A DNA stretch of 64,000 nt, from NCBI GenBank assembly GCA_965205505.1, contig CBDBHB010000008.1, positions 1,248,001 to 1,312,000 on the forward strand. The letters are read 5' to 3'. A program made the translations under genes and the position numbers. This DNA comes from Acidobacteriota bacterium. GTDB taxonomy: Bacteria > Acidobacteriota > UBA890 > WLXD01. Shown here in pieces: positions 40,042 to 52,437 of this stretch (positions are counted from its first letter, which is position 1; each line of letters begins with the position of its first letter). The notes below the pieces were generated by a model. The model saw only the letters and a list, made by a program, of their open reading frames with translations. It was not told the origin of the DNA and did not search any database.

Positions 40042-40497
40042 ATGCCGGCAAAGACCTTCCGACTGCTCCTGGTACTCACCGCGGGCGCCTTCGTCCCGCC
40101 CCGGGGCGCCCCAGTGGGAATCACCCTCACGCACGCTTCGAGCGGCGTCAACCGGAGCTTTGACCAGCGCATCAAGTCCAAGGATTACGGTCCGTTCGCC
40201 CTGACCTGGAGAGTCGTTGGATCGTTCCCTGCCGGCAGCAATCGCTCGATTCAGTGCACCGTCAAGGTCACGCTGAACGGCGAGATCGTCGATGAGTCGG
40301 AGGATACGCTGCAGGTACTCCCCAAGAAGAGCGGAACGACGGGCACGGAGGGCGAAGTCGCGATCGAGTATCCGCTGGGCGGCTTCGAGAACTTCTTTGT
40401 CTACGTCGACGGCAGCCTCAAGAAGAAGAAGATCACCACGGGGCTCGTGTCGTGTGTCGTCACGTCGGGCGGTGGAGCGGCCGCCTGCGGCTCGTAG
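40042..40497 (+). CDS. Hypothetical secreted beta-rich protein
   Basis: GGAG RBS, signal-like N-terminus, beta-strand pattern. Confidence 0.5.
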   Translation: MPAKTFRLLLVLTAGAFVPPRGAPVGITLTHASSGVNRSFDQRIKSKDYGPFALTWRVVGSFPAGSNRSIQCTVKVTLNGEIVDESEDTLQVLPKKSGTTGTEGEVAIEYPLGGFENFFVYVDGSLKKKKITTGLVSCVVTSGGGAAACGS

Positions 40498-40592
40498 CCT
40501 GGTACTGGCTGCAGGCGCTGACGTTGGCATGGCACTACTCCATGCGCGTCTCACCGCACGGAATCCCCCTCAACGACAAGGGGCTCGAGCCG

Positions 40593-41501
40593 ATGACATC
40601 GCTGCTGTCCGACCTGCGCTACGGCGTCCGCATGCTCCTGAAGACGCCGCTCGTGTCGGTGATCGCAACCCTGACGATCGCCATGGGAATAACTCTTACG
40701 GTGCACACCTTCAGCATCGTCTATGGCACCGTCATGCGCGGTCTGCCGCTGCCGAATGACGATCGCTTGATGCAGATCCTGCAGAACAACACCGAGGCGG
40801 GCTTCCAAGGAATGTCGCTGGGGATTCACGACTACCTCGATTCCCGTGATCAGAGCGACACGTTCGAGGAGCTCGGAACGTACTACCGGGGGACGGTGAA
40901 TCTGGACGGCGACGATCAGCCGCCGGAGCGGTACGAGGGCGCGTTCGTCTCGGCGAATGCTCTGTCGTTGCTGGGGGTTCCTCCGTTGTTAGGCCGTACG
41001 TTCGTCGCCGGCGAGGACTCTTCGGACGCCGAGGCGTCGATCGTGATCGGCTACGCAGTTTGGCGCAATCGCTTCGGCGGCGACCCGAATATCGTCGGAC
41101 GAACGCTGAGAATCAACGGCGAGACGGGCGCCGTACTCGGCGTCATGCCGGAGGGTTTTCGCTTCCCCTTCAATCAAGAGGTCTGGATACCGCACCGGGC
41201 GGAAGTAGACGAGGAAGTAAACCGTGGCGGCGGACGCTTCGAGACGTTCGGCCGCCTGCGCACCGACGTGAGCGTCGAGGCGGCCGCCGCCGAGATCAGT
41301 GCGATCACCGAGCGGATCAAGACGGTGTTTCCGGAGGAGATGGCGGGTATCGAATCGTACATTTCCCCGTTCGAGCACCGCTACATGCCGCCGCAGATCA
41401 CCGCTGCTATGTGGGTACAGCTGGCCGCAGTGTTCGGGGTGCTGCTGATCGCGTGCGCCAACGTCGCCAACCTGTTGCTGGCGCGCGCCTCGGTGCGCGG
41501 A
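40593..41501 (+). pseudogene. ADOP-type (MacB/FtsX duplicated) ABC permease, 3'-truncated
   Basis: DLRYGVRMLLKTP, LGRTF, GVMPEGFRFP, LLIACANVANLLLARA; homology ends at about one third of normal length, next to a family C repeat remnant (~41534). Confidence 0.85.
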
Positions 41502-41561
41502 CGATGCCCTGCGAATCGAGTAACGTCCCTTTCGGGCCGTGGTGGAAGTGGTGGCTTGCGA

Positions 41562-42665
<1,104 letters not shown>

Positions 42666-42707
42666 TCGTGTTTCCTGTTCGCGTCGCCTGAGGTGTTGCA
42701 GGCCGGG

Positions 42708-43493
42708 TTACGGCGAGTTGAGGCCAGATACGGAAGCATATTCGAGATGATGGCGAATGGCGTCTATGACGATGGCCGGATGCTCGCGGTGGGGCGCGTG
42801 GCCTCCCGTCACCAACGTGATCTCGAGCTTCGCGCGGCAGCGGGCACGAATGGAGTCGATCTGGGCCAGTGTGCCGTATTCGTCCTCGGTGCCCTGAATA
42901 ACGGTGGTCGGGCAGCCGATCCGAGCTACCGACGACTCGATGTTCCAGTGGCGGAACTCGGGTCGCAGCCAGGTTTGATTCCATCCCTCGAAGGCGCTTG
43001 CCGGGTCGTCATGATGCCGCGCCAGGCGAGCGCGGAGCCCCCCTTTCTCGTACTCGACGCGCGCCTGGCGGGCGCCCTGGATAGTGCGCTCTTCCACGAA
43101 GACATGCGGGGCAAGCAGCACCAGCCCCTCGGGCTCCTCCACCGGGTCGGAGGCTGCGTTCAGGATGGCAATCGACGCCCCATCGTTATGACCTACCAGC
43201 AGAGGCCGACGCACTCCCAGTGCCTCTATCAGCTCCGGTAGCTCCTGCGACGCCGCCTGGTGCATGAAGTCGACAGGCCACGGAAACGAGCTAGACGGCG
43301 TCGAGCGCCCATATCCGAAACGGCTGTAGGCGAGCACGCTGGCGCCGGTCGCTGCGGCGACGGCGGATGGAAAGCCTCGCCAGGAAGATACCGATCCCAA
43401 GCCATGGTGCAGCAGCACAATGGTCGGTGCGCGGCCCGGCGGCGGCCCCAGCCACTCGTACTCGACTCGCCTTGCCAGCTCGAGGAACGGCAC
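42708..43493 (-). CDS. Alpha/beta hydrolase with nucleophile Ser replaced by Asn
   Basis: LLHHGLGS, YSRFGYGRS, GHNDG at the GxSxG position, QGTEDEYG, GHAPH. Confidence 0.8.
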   Translation of the reverse strand: MPFLELARRVEYEWLGPPPGRAPTIVLLHHGLGSVSSWRGFPSAVAAATGASVLAYSRFGYGRSTPSSSFPWPVDFMHQAASQELPELIEALGVRRPLLVGHNDGASIAILNAASDPVEEPEGLVLLAPHVFVEERTIQGARQARVEYEKGGLRARLARHHDDPASAFEGWNQTWLRPEFRHWNIESSVARIGCPTTVIQGTEDEYGTLAQIDSIRARCRAKLEITLVTGGHAPHREHPAIVIDAIRHHLEYASVSGLNSP

Positions 43494-43510
43494 CGGCTCA
43501 GCGACCGTGG

Positions 43511-43812
43511 CTATCCATCGTCAGTTGGCCGCAGCTTCTGGGCACGCTCGCCGATCAACTCGACTTGCACCATGTCCCCCGCGTCCCCTCCAGCAGCGCG
43601 ACGCAGCTCGTCGTGTAGGAACGGTCGAAACCCGCCGTCGCCGCGTCGCATCAGCGTTGTAGCGCGCTCCCGCTCGCCGACGGTAGCAACCACCGGCGCG
43701 GATACTGCCAATCGTCGAGCACGGTAGCCACCTTCTGCGGAACGTCGACACAGCGCAGGATCCCTGGCCGGCACACGCGCGCCTTGAACGCCCAGGTAGC
43801 AGCACCGGGCAC
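43511..43812 (-). pseudogene. DUF1905-like protein, frameshift near 43700
   Basis: FKARV..GILRCVDVP in one frame continues as PVVATV...TTLM..GDGG...RRAAGGDAGDMVQVEL in another. Confidence 0.55.
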
Positions 43813-43815
43813 CGG

Positions 43816-44988
43816 TCAGTGGCTGCCCTCGTGGGCATGATCAAAGCGCTCGTGATGCTGTCGCAGAAGGTCCTTGCCGTAGTCGTTTCCGTTCGGGGTG
43901 CGCACCACGGCGTGCACGTGGTTGCGGGACGGGGCGTCGCCTTCGAGCGCTATCGGTCGCTGATGATCAAACTCGATCAGGATGACGGGACTGTGCACGC
44001 GGTAATAGAACACCGCGTCATCGTCGGTCGCCCCCGCCCAACCGAACCAGGTGTCGTCGAGGTGCACGCGCGCCTCCACCATGCGTACCGCGGCGTGCTC
44101 GTCTCGCATGTCGCCCACGTACTCGGCGATCAGCTCGATCAACAGGCCTCGCTGTCGTTCGTCGAGGGCGCTGGCGCGGAGCCCCTCGTAGCGCATCTCG
44201 AAGTTATCGCGAAACGCGGCCGTGAAAACGTTACGCGGTAACTCGTCGGCGATCATCGCCACCGCCTGTTGTGCCGCGTTCAGCGATTGCATGAGTGCCA
44301 GGCCGCGCGCTTCTTCATCTTCGAACACGCGCGTGCCAGCGTACTTGCCACCCGCAGCGTACGTCGGCTCGGAGCCCAGGAACGTAGGGGTCATGACCAC
44401 CTGGTCGCCAAGCACGAAGTAGTTGATCACCAGATGATGTCCGTCGAGCTGCCAGCCCCACGGCTCCGCTGCAGACGGCGCCCCCATCACCGTGAAGAAG
44501 TACAGCCCCTCGCCGTACTCCTCGAAATTGTTCACCAACTCAGCGATTGTGGTGTTCAGGCGCATGATGTCGCGCGCTTTCCGCAGCCCCTTCGCCGAAA
44601 GGCTGGCACCCAGAAGCTCGTAAGCGGCGTTGCGTTGGGGCTCCGACATATCGCCGAAGCTCATACCGCGACGGTCGTACCGATGGACGTTGTTCCAGCG
44701 CCTCCACTCGATGTCGTCGACGGCAAAGGTCGTTTCGCTCCGTTGCTCCGCGTCGAGCGTGTCCAGAAAAGCCGCCGCGGCGGTCACCACCGATGCAGTG
44801 GAAACACCGGTGGCGCGCAAAGGAAAGAGATCAGCAACGACTTCACCGTCCGCCGTAATGCCGCGGAACGCCTCTGCAAGCGCAGTTGCCTCCCCGCCCC
44901 CCTGGACCGCGGGCGAGCGGGCCAGCGCATATGCACCTAACGACGCTGCAATTCCGACGACTGCGAACAACCCCAACAAACTTCTCAT
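43816..44988 (-). CDS. DUF3500 family secreted protein
   Basis: WGWQLDGHHLVIN, TPTFLG, YYRVHSPVILIEFDHQ, HVHAVVRTPNGNDYG. Confidence 0.85.
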   Translation of the reverse strand: MRSLLGLFAVVGIAASLGAYALARSPAVQGGGEATALAEAFRGITADGEVVADLFPLRATGVSTASVVTAAAAFLDTLDAEQRSETTFAVDDIEWRRWNNVHRYDRRGMSFGDMSEPQRNAAYELLGASLSAKGLRKARDIMRLNTTIAELVNNFEEYGEGLYFFTVMGAPSAAEPWGWQLDGHHLVINYFVLGDQVVMTPTFLGSEPTYAAGGKYAGTRVFEDEEARGLALMQSLNAAQQAVAMIADELPRNVFTAAFRDNFEMRYEGLRASALDERQRGLLIELIAEYVGDMRDEHAAVRMVEARVHLDDTWFGWAGATDDDAVFYYRVHSPVILIEFDHQRPIALEGDAPSRNHVHAVVRTPNGNDYGKDLLRQHHERFDHAHEGSH

Positions 44989-45035
44989 ACTTGGCTCCTT
45001 CTCCGACCCCGACCATCGGAACGTCCGTACGCCGC

Positions 45036-46159
45036 TCAGCAGTCTAGCAAGCCGCTGCCACGAAGCTCGTGGAGCGTGTCGGCCAGGTGCCGTAGGTCGT
45101 CTTCATCGTTGTAAAGGTGAACCGACGCGCGGATGCCGTCGCCGCGAGCCGATACCAGCACGTCGTGTTCGCCGAGCGCATCCTGGAGGCCCACCGCGTC
45201 GGCGCAATGCGCCAGACGAAGTTGCGCCTGGCCGGTCCGAGGTGGGGACCGGCAACCCGGCGTCGATCAGCACTTTGCGCAGCAGGCCGCTCAGCTGCAG
45301 CACCCGCGACTCGATGACGGCGGCGCCGAGCTCGTGCTGGAGCCCCAGCGCAGCGCCGAGAGTGAACACGTTCGGGAAAGGCGGATGCCCGGCTTCCATC
45401 GCGCGGGCATCGGGCGTGAGGTCCAGCTCGTCCGACACTAGCGCGTAGGGGTCGCGGGCGCTGCGCCAGCCTACCGCCGGGTGGTTGCCGGCGTGGCGCT
45501 CGTTAACGTAAAAAAAAAACCGATACCGTAGCCGGAGTTGAGCCACTTGTAGCCGCTGCAGGCGAGAAAATCGACGGCACCGCCGGACACATCGATCGCC
45601 AGAGCTCCGAGGCTCTGCGTTGCATCGACCACGAGCACCATCTCGTGTTCTCGACAAAGCTCACCGAGAGCATCGAGGTCGTGTCGAAAGCCGGTCCGGT
45701 AATGCACGAGACCGAGGGTGAGGATTCGAGTATGCGGTTGGAGCGCCGCCGCGATGGCTTCGACCGTCACGCCACCGTCGTCGTCCGTGTCCAGGAAATC
45801 CACCTCGTAACCCAGCTGCAGCCACGGCCAGGTAACGGAAGGGAAATCGCCGCGGAGGGCAACTACAGAGCCCGTTCCCAGGAGTTTCCGAGCCGCGAAA
45901 TTGAGAGCTGAGGAGGCGTTGCTGGTGAACGCGACTCGTTGCTGTGTGCGTGGATCAGACGCGCCACAGAGCCGCGTACGTCCTCGACGCGGTCGAGCCA
46001 GGCGTCCCAGTGCACGTCGCCATCCCGGGCCGTGGCCTCATAGTAAGAGCACCCCGCCGCCGCCGCTGCCGTGGACATGGGCCCTCCGGCCGCGGTGTTC
46101 AGGTAGCAGCAGGTAGCAGCCGCCGGAAACGAAGCACGCACGGCAGACCAGTCGGTCAT
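45036..46159 (-). pseudogene. Class V PLP aminotransferase (cysteine desulfurase-like), several frameshifts
   Basis: YLNTAAGGP, VVDATQSLG, SGYKW and IRASVHLYN fall in different frames; A9 homopolymer at one break. Confidence 0.8.
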
Positions 46160-46247
46160 CTGTGCTCCGCCCCGTACACCGGGTCAGTTTCCAGCGCGCC
46201 TTCAGGCCCGATTTGGGTGCTTCCTCCCTCCAAGAGAAACGTCGCTA

Positions 46248-47375
46248 TCATCGCACGACACTCCGATAGATCTGCTCGTCGGTGGCGCCCTCGGTGGAGA
46301 TCAACAACACGGTGGCAGCCGCATCGAGCCGCAGCCGCTCACGAATCAAGGCATGCTCAGAATCGACGCACACGGCGTCGACGAGCCCGGTGGTTACCGC
46401 ACCGGACTCGCCAGACACCACCATCGCATCGCCGGCAACCGGACGGGCCAGTCGGCGCATGCCCGACCTGGCAACTTCATCGCCACAGGTTACCCAGCCA
46501 TCGACGTGTCGCCGCAGGATCGTCCAAGCCGTGGTGCTCAATTGTCCGCACGACAGGCCCGCCATGAATGTATGCGGAGCATCAGCGAGTCGCGGGGGCA
46601 ACAGCTCGTCTCTCTCCATTGCCACCATCCCGCACCCGGCCCCCTCGGGCTCGACCACGAAGACCGCCGGCCTTTCGGCGCCGAAGCGCTCCACGAGATA
46701 CGCGGTGATGGATGCGGCAAACGAGCCCACGCCGCATTGCAGGAAGACATGTGTCGGAAGCTCCTCCCCGAGTTGGTCCATAGCCTCGTGAATCAGCGTG
46801 AGATATCCCTGCATTACCCAGCGCGGGATTTGCTCGTACGCCGGCCACGCCATGTCTTGAAGCAACACCCAGCCATTGGCGTCGGCGTCGGCGCGTGCCC
46901 GTTCGACGGCCTCGTCGAACGTCCCCTCCACACGGCTCGCCCGAGCTCCGAGCTTGACGATCGCCGCGAGGCGCGCGTCGCTCGCCTCGCGGGGCAGGTA
47001 CACGACGGCGGCATGGCCGAGGCGCGCCGCCGCCCAGGCCACGGCACGCCCGTGGTTGCCGTCGGTTGCAGTAACAAACGTCAACACGGGTTCGGCGTTT
47101 CGCTCGACCACCCTCGAGATCGCCCAGCTCGCCCCGAGGGCCTTGAACGCCTCGAGCCCGAAGCGGTGCGATTCATCCTTCAGGCGCATGCCCCCGACAC
47201 CCAGCTCGGCAGCAAGCCCCGGTAGGGGCACCAACGGCGTTGGCGCATAGTCCGCCAACGAGCTGTGAAACGCCTGCACCCGTGCGGCAGCGACTGATCC
47301 GAAAGGTTTGGTTGCATCGTCGCCGGTGCGTCCCGCGGCATCGACATTCATCAGCACCCGTATCGACAGCGTCAC
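46248..47375 (-). CDS. Diaminopropionate ammonia-lyase family (fold type II PLP)
   Basis: KDESHRFGLEAFKALG, ATDGNHGR, WVMQGY, GVGSFA, MAGLSCG, SGESGA. Confidence 0.88.
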   Translation of the reverse strand: MTLSIRVLMNVDAAGRTGDDATKPFGSVAAARVQAFHSSLADYAPTPLVPLPGLAAELGVGGMRLKDESHRFGLEAFKALGASWAISRVVERNAEPVLTFVTATDGNHGRAVAWAAARLGHAAVVYLPREASDARLAAIVKLGARASRVEGTFDEAVERARADADANGWVLLQDMAWPAYEQIPRWVMQGYLTLIHEAMDQLGEELPTHVFLQCGVGSFAASITAYLVERFGAERPAVFVVEPEGAGCGMVAMERDELLPPRLADAPHTFMAGLSCGQLSTTAWTILRRHVDGWVTCGDEVARSGMRRLARPVAGDAMVVSGESGAVTTGLVDAVCVDSEHALIRERLRLDAAATVLLISTEGATDEQIYRSVVR

Positions 47376-47741
47376 CCAACCGCGCCCGCGGCCGCCTCCC
47401 CGGCATCGTGTCGTCGCCAGATCTCCGACAGCACGCGCACCAAGCTACCTCCCAAGATCCCGATCATCTGGTCGGAGTTCGCTCGACGTTGGGCCGTCAT
47501 CCCGTGTTCTCCTGTATAGGCAACAGCAACAGACGATCAGCACTGCGCCGCGCTACGGCGCACTGGCCCGGTCCGATGTCACGGATGTCATCGTCGGCAC
47601 AGTCGCGACGTGCCGGATACGGCTAGAATCTGATGGTCGGACCCTACCAGGTAGCCGAGTCGACGGACTGCTGACTGAACCCGTTTTTTTTGGCGGAGCC
47701 CGAGCGTCCCTTTCGCCGTGCTTCGCCGCTGGAGGCACTCG

Positions 47742-49484
47742 ATGCGCCGAATCGTCATGATGCTGGCCGTGCTGCTAGGCGTGGCTCCCGGCGCGCTGGC
47801 GCAGCAAGTGAAACCGATTGTCCACGTGCTCGACAACGGAATGACTGTCCTGCTGGTTCCGCGAACGGGCGACCCCAACATCTCTGCCGGTTGGATCGCC
47901 AAGGTGGGTTCGGTGAACGAGCACCCTGGCATTACGGGCGTGGCGCACCTTTTCGAGCACATGATGTTCAAGGGCACCGACACCATCGGCACGATCGACG
48001 CCGCCGAGGACCGGCGAGTGATCGAGCACCTGGACGGGCTCCGCGCCGAGATCCGCAAGCACGAGCAGGAGCTGCTGCGGCAACAGCGGGTCGGCGAGAT
48101 CGACGACTGGCGCAACCGGGAGCACCGCTCGCAAGCCCACCAAGAACTCCTGGAGGAGTTTGAGAGCGCGCTGGGGGAACAGCGCGGGCTCATCATCAAG
48201 GACGATTTCGATCGCATCTACACGGGCGAAGGCGGTTCCGGCATGAACGCCGGAACCGACCACGACTTCACCGTCTACTTCATCAACGTGCCGGCAAACA
48301 AGCTGGAGCTATGGTTCTGGATGGAGTCCGATCGCCTGATGAACCCCGTCTTTCGCGAGTTTTATAGCGAGCGGGACGTTGTGCACGAGGAGCGCAGGCT
48401 ACGGACCGACAGCACCCCAACTGGGTTGCTCGACGAACAGTTCGAGGCGACGTTCTGGGAGTCGTCGCCCTATTCGTGGCCAGTGGTCGGATGGCCCAGC
48501 GATCTGTACGGGCTGACGCGCGAAGAAGCGCTCGAGTTCTTCGACGTCAACTACGCACCCAACAACATCAGTGCGGCGCTGGTAGGAGGGTTCGATCCCG
48601 AAGAGGCGATCGCCCTCGCTGAGCGCTACTTTGGTCGTATTCCGCGCGGCGAGCGTGAGCCCGAGCCCGTTCGCACCTGGGAGGTGAAACAGCAGGGCGA
48701 GAAGCGCATGATCGGCTACGCCGATACGAACCCGCAGGTGAGAATCCGCTACCACGGTGTCGCCGACGGCCATGTCGACGAGCCAGCCCTGCTGGTCCTG
48801 GGGCAGTTGCTCTCCGGACGCTCGGGCCGGCTCTTCAAGTCGCTGGTCGAGGAGCAGGGAATCGCCACGTCTGTATCGGGCGCACAGAACGGCCGCAAAT
48901 GGGACGGTTACTTCGAGATTCACGGCACCGCCAAACAAGGGCATACACCGGAGGAGGTCGAGGCCGGGATCTACGCTGAGCTCGAGCGGTTGAAGACCGA
49001 GCCTGTCCCCGATCGCGAGCTTCAGAAGGTAAAGAACCAGAACGCCGCGGCCGAGTTCCGACGGTTGCAGAGCAGCTTCGGCCTGCTGCTACAGTTGCTG
49101 GTCGCCGAGGGTTATCGAGGATGGGAGACCATCAATACTACCGGCCCAAAGCTCCAGGCGGTCAGCGCCGAAGACATCCAGCGCGTGGCCAATACTTACT
49201 TCGAGCCCGAAGCCCGCGCCGTCGCGATCTACTACCGCAGCCAGGGCTCCGAACCCGAGGATCCACGCCTGGCCGGGCTGGATGATCAGGAGCGGCAACA
49301 GATCAACATGGTCCGGCAGCAGCTCGCCCAAGCTGCGCCTGACCAGCTCGACCAAATGCGCCAGCAGCTCGCCCAGACGACCGCGATGGCGGCGCAAGTC
49401 CCCGAGGAAAACCAAGACATGTTCCAACTCATGTTGGAGCTGATCAGCGAGCGTATCGAAGAGCTCGAGGGAGAGCAGGAATGA
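47742..49484 (+). CDS. M16 (pitrilysin) zinc peptidase, catalytic subunit
   Basis: Signal peptide, HLFEHMMFKGT inverzincin motif, ESDRL, ERDVVHEERR. Confidence 0.92.
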   Translation: MRRIVMMLAVLLGVAPGALAQQVKPIVHVLDNGMTVLLVPRTGDPNISAGWIAKVGSVNEHPGITGVAHLFEHMMFKGTDTIGTIDAAEDRRVIEHLDGLRAEIRKHEQELLRQQRVGEIDDWRNREHRSQAHQELLEEFESALGEQRGLIIKDDFDRIYTGEGGSGMNAGTDHDFTVYFINVPANKLELWFWMESDRLMNPVFREFYSERDVVHEERRLRTDSTPTGLLDEQFEATFWESSPYSWPVVGWPSDLYGLTREEALEFFDVNYAPNNISAALVGGFDPEEAIALAERYFGRIPRGEREPEPVRTWEVKQQGEKRMIGYADTNPQVRIRYHGVADGHVDEPALLVLGQLLSGRSGRLFKSLVEEQGIATSVSGAQNGRKWDGYFEIHGTAKQGHTPEEVEAGIYAELERLKTEPVPDRELQKVKNQNAAAEFRRLQSSFGLLLQLLVAEGYRGWETINTTGPKLQAVSAEDIQRVANTYFEPEARAVAIYYRSQGSEPEDPRLAGLDDQERQQINMVRQQLAQAAPDQLDQMRQQLAQTTAMAAQVPEENQDMFQLMLELISERIEELEGEQE

Positions 49485-50986
49485 AGACCGTCAGCGGCCT
49501 TCGCCCGCCAACGCTCGCGATGATTGGGCTATTGGCGATGGCGACGGGCGTCATTGCGCAACAGGAGATCGTCTCGCATCCACTCGAGATCTCCTTTCCG
49601 GAGCTCGACTTCCAGCCTCCGGACGGAGCGGCGCTGCGCCATAAGCTCAGTACGGGGACCGTCGCCTACGTGGTAGAGGATCACGCGCTGCCGCTCGTCA
49701 GTATCGCAATCTTGATTCGCAGCGGCGAGTACACCGCCCCGGCGATGCTGAAGCCGGCAGTCGCAAACCTCGCCGGGAGCCAGATGCGCGCCGGCGGCGC
49801 AGCCTCGTTGTCGCCGTCCGAGCTCGACGAGGAGCTCGATTTCCTCGCCGCGCAGATCGGCACAGGCATCGGCTCGACAAGAGGTAGCGCGAGCATGAAC
49901 TGCCTGGCCAAGGACCTCGATCGCTGTCTCGATAGGTTCTTCGAGATCCTGCGCCAGCCTCGTTACGATCAGGAGCGGATCGACCTGGCTAAGAGCCAGC
50001 GGTTGCAGCGGATGGAGCAACGCAACGACGATACTGGAGGAATCGAGCGGCGCGAGTGGAGCCGGTTACTCTATGGCGACAGCCATTTCAGCACCCACGC
50101 CACGACCGAGGCCGAGCTGAACGCGATCACACGCGAGGACTTGCTCGCGTTCCACGCTTATGCCGTCCATCCGGGCAACTTCATCTTCGCGATATCGGGC
50201 GACGTCGAAACTGAAGAGATCCTCGGCCAGATCGAGGTGCGGCTGTCCGACTGGCCCCGCGCGGAGGCACCTGGTGACGTGCCGAAGCCGGGATTCGAGC
50301 CGCAGCCCGGCCTGTACTTGGTACACAAGGAGGACGTGAACCAGGGCCGCGTATCGATCGGGCACCTGAGCACGGTTATCAGTAACCCCGATCGCTTCGC
50401 CCTGCAGATCATGAACAACATCCTCGGGGGAGGCGGTTTTACGTCGCGCATCCTGTCACGCGTGCGATCTGATGAGGGGCTCGCTTACAGCGCCGGATCG
50501 GCATTCGGGCTCGGCACGCACTATGACGGCAGCTTCCGCGCCTTCTTCCAGTCACGGAGTGAGGCGGTCGCGCGGGCTACCAGCATCGTCATCGACGAGA
50601 TCGCTCGCATTCGTACCGAGAAAGTGAGTGACGAGGAGCTGATCAACGCGAAGGCCTCGTTCATCGACACGTTCAGCCGCAACTTCGCCAGCGCCGGACA
50701 GATCGCCGGACTGTTCGCCAACCTCGAGTTACAGGGACGCGATATCGGCCTCGTGTCGAGCTACCGCGACGACATGACAGCGGTAACCGCCACCGACGTG
50801 CTTCGAGTGGCGCAGGAGTACCTACATCCCGACCGGCTCGTAATCCTCGCCGTGGGCAATGTCGACAACATTCTCGCAGGCGATATGGACAATCCGGAGT
50901 TCTCGCTCGAGGCGATGGCGAGCGGCGGCAGCATCACCCGCATCGCGTTGCCGGATCCGATGACAATGGAATACGCAGGGCGGTAG
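49481..50986 (+). CDS. M16 peptidase, non-catalytic partner subunit
   Basis: No HxxEH; LGGGGFTSRI..VRSDEGLAY R/Y pair; ATGA coupling. Confidence 0.88.
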   Translation: MKTVSGLRPPTLAMIGLLAMATGVIAQQEIVSHPLEISFPELDFQPPDGAALRHKLSTGTVAYVVEDHALPLVSIAILIRSGEYTAPAMLKPAVANLAGSQMRAGGAASLSPSELDEELDFLAAQIGTGIGSTRGSASMNCLAKDLDRCLDRFFEILRQPRYDQERIDLAKSQRLQRMEQRNDDTGGIERREWSRLLYGDSHFSTHATTEAELNAITREDLLAFHAYAVHPGNFIFAISGDVETEEILGQIEVRLSDWPRAEAPGDVPKPGFEPQPGLYLVHKEDVNQGRVSIGHLSTVISNPDRFALQIMNNILGGGGFTSRILSRVRSDEGLAYSAGSAFGLGTHYDGSFRAFFQSRSEAVARATSIVIDEIARIRTEKVSDEELINAKASFIDTFSRNFASAGQIAGLFANLELQGRDIGLVSSYRDDMTAVTATDVLRVAQEYLHPDRLVILAVGNVDNILAGDMDNPEFSLEAMASGGSITRIALPDPMTMEYAGR

Positions 50987-50998
50987 CGCCTTGAGTCG

Positions 50999-52435
50999 AT
51001 GACGGGCGCGCAGCGCACGATCGCTATCCTGGGTGGCGGCTCAGCGGGCTTCACGGCAGCTCAAACAGCAGCCAAGCTCGGCGCCCGCGTGCTCTTTTTC
51101 ATGGGCGACAACGCCGATATGGCGTCGCTGTGCGTCAACCGTGGCTGTATGCCGTCCAAGGCGATGTTCGAGCCGATCGACGCCATGCATCACGCCCGTC
51201 GTCAGGGCCTGCTGCGCGTCGAGCCATTCCGGCCTGAGGCCCATCTCGGACAGATCGTTGCCTGGAAGGACCGCGAGATCGCCCGCTTCCGCGCCTATCG
51301 GCAGAAGGCGATCGCGGCTTTCGAGAGCGATGAGTTCGTCATCGTACGGGCCAACGCGCGATTCATGGATGCGCACACGCTCAGCGCCGAAGGTCGAACG
51401 TATCCGTTCGACGCCGCCATCATCGCCACCGGTTCTGTAGCGGAACGACCGGCGATTGACGGGCTGTCCGAGCTGGGCGACGAGATCTGGACCAACGACG
51501 ACATTCTCGCGAACACGGCGTTGCCAGAGTCGCTCGTGCTTATCGGTGCCGGTGCTATCGGACTCGAGTTCGGGTTGCGCTACGCGCGACTGGGCAGCGT
51601 CGTGACTATCATCGCGCGATCGCGACCCTTGTCGCAGTATCCAGAGCGCTTCGGCCAACGGCTGGCACAGATCTACGAGCGCGAGGGCGTGCGTATGCTG
51701 CAGGCAACATCGGCGCAGCGGGTACGGCGCGACCGCGAGGGCATGTACGTCGTCGAGACCGAGGGGGCGCACGGGTTCGAGCCCGTCACGGCGGCACGCG
51801 CAATGCTGGCGGCCGGCCGCAGGCCGGCCGTCGACACGCTCGACCTCCACCTGGCCGGGATAGAGCTGGCCAGCGGAAGGATGACGGTGAGTGAGGACCT
51901 GCGCCTGGATGGCACCGACAACCTATTCGCCGCCGGCGACGTGATCGGTAGGCGCATGGTGGTGCATCAGGCACATATCGAGGCGGGCATCGCCGCGCAG
52001 AACGCCGTTACCGATGGCACCCGCATCTGGGATCGGCGCTCCGACATCCAGGTCGTATTCTCTGATCCCGAGTTCGCCTACGCTGGCGTGACACCCGAGG
52101 CAGCAACAGCGATGGGGCACCAGCTGCTATACGGCTCCAAGGACTCGCGGCTCGTCGGCAAGCTGCACCTGGGCGGCGACGACCACGGCTTCGGCGAGTT
52201 CATCGCCGACGCTGAAACCCACAGCCTCCTGGGCGCCGGGCTCCTCTGCGACGACGCCAGCAACCTGATCCACCTTCCGGCATACCTGATCGACCACCGT
52301 CATACGGTTCATGACGGTGCTGCCGCCGAGTACTACCACCCGACGCGGATGGAGATCGTCTCGTCGATCCTCGACGGCATGTCCGGAGGCCTCGGCGGCA
52401 CACCGCCGACGCGTCCCGACGAGCGTAGCGGCTGA
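50999..52435 (+). CDS. Pyridine nucleotide-disulfide oxidoreductase (dihydrolipoamide dehydrogenase-like)
   Basis: GGGSAG, CVNRGCMPSK redox pair, GAGAIGLE, AAGD, YHPT. Confidence 0.85.
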   Translation: MTGAQRTIAILGGGSAGFTAAQTAAKLGARVLFFMGDNADMASLCVNRGCMPSKAMFEPIDAMHHARRQGLLRVEPFRPEAHLGQIVAWKDREIARFRAYRQKAIAAFESDEFVIVRANARFMDAHTLSAEGRTYPFDAAIIATGSVAERPAIDGLSELGDEIWTNDDILANTALPESLVLIGAGAIGLEFGLRYARLGSVVTIIARSRPLSQYPERFGQRLAQIYEREGVRMLQATSAQRVRRDREGMYVVETEGAHGFEPVTAARAMLAAGRRPAVDTLDLHLAGIELASGRMTVSEDLRLDGTDNLFAAGDVIGRRMVVHQAHIEAGIAAQNAVTDGTRIWDRRSDIQVVFSDPEFAYAGVTPEAATAMGHQLLYGSKDSRLVGKLHLGGDDHGFGEFIADAETHSLLGAGLLCDDASNLIHLPAYLIDHRHTVHDGAAAEYYHPTRMEIVSSILDGMSGGLGGTPPTRPDERSG

Positions 52436-52437
52436 CG

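Noticed and set aside
47380-47700. Riboswitch or racemase fragment (IGILGG) upstream of the diaminopropionate lyase
   Set aside because: No riboswitch consensus recognised, and a six-residue match is too weak
50999-52435. Mercuric reductase MerA
   Set aside because: No C-terminal CC pair, no N-terminal HMA domain and no mer genes nearby
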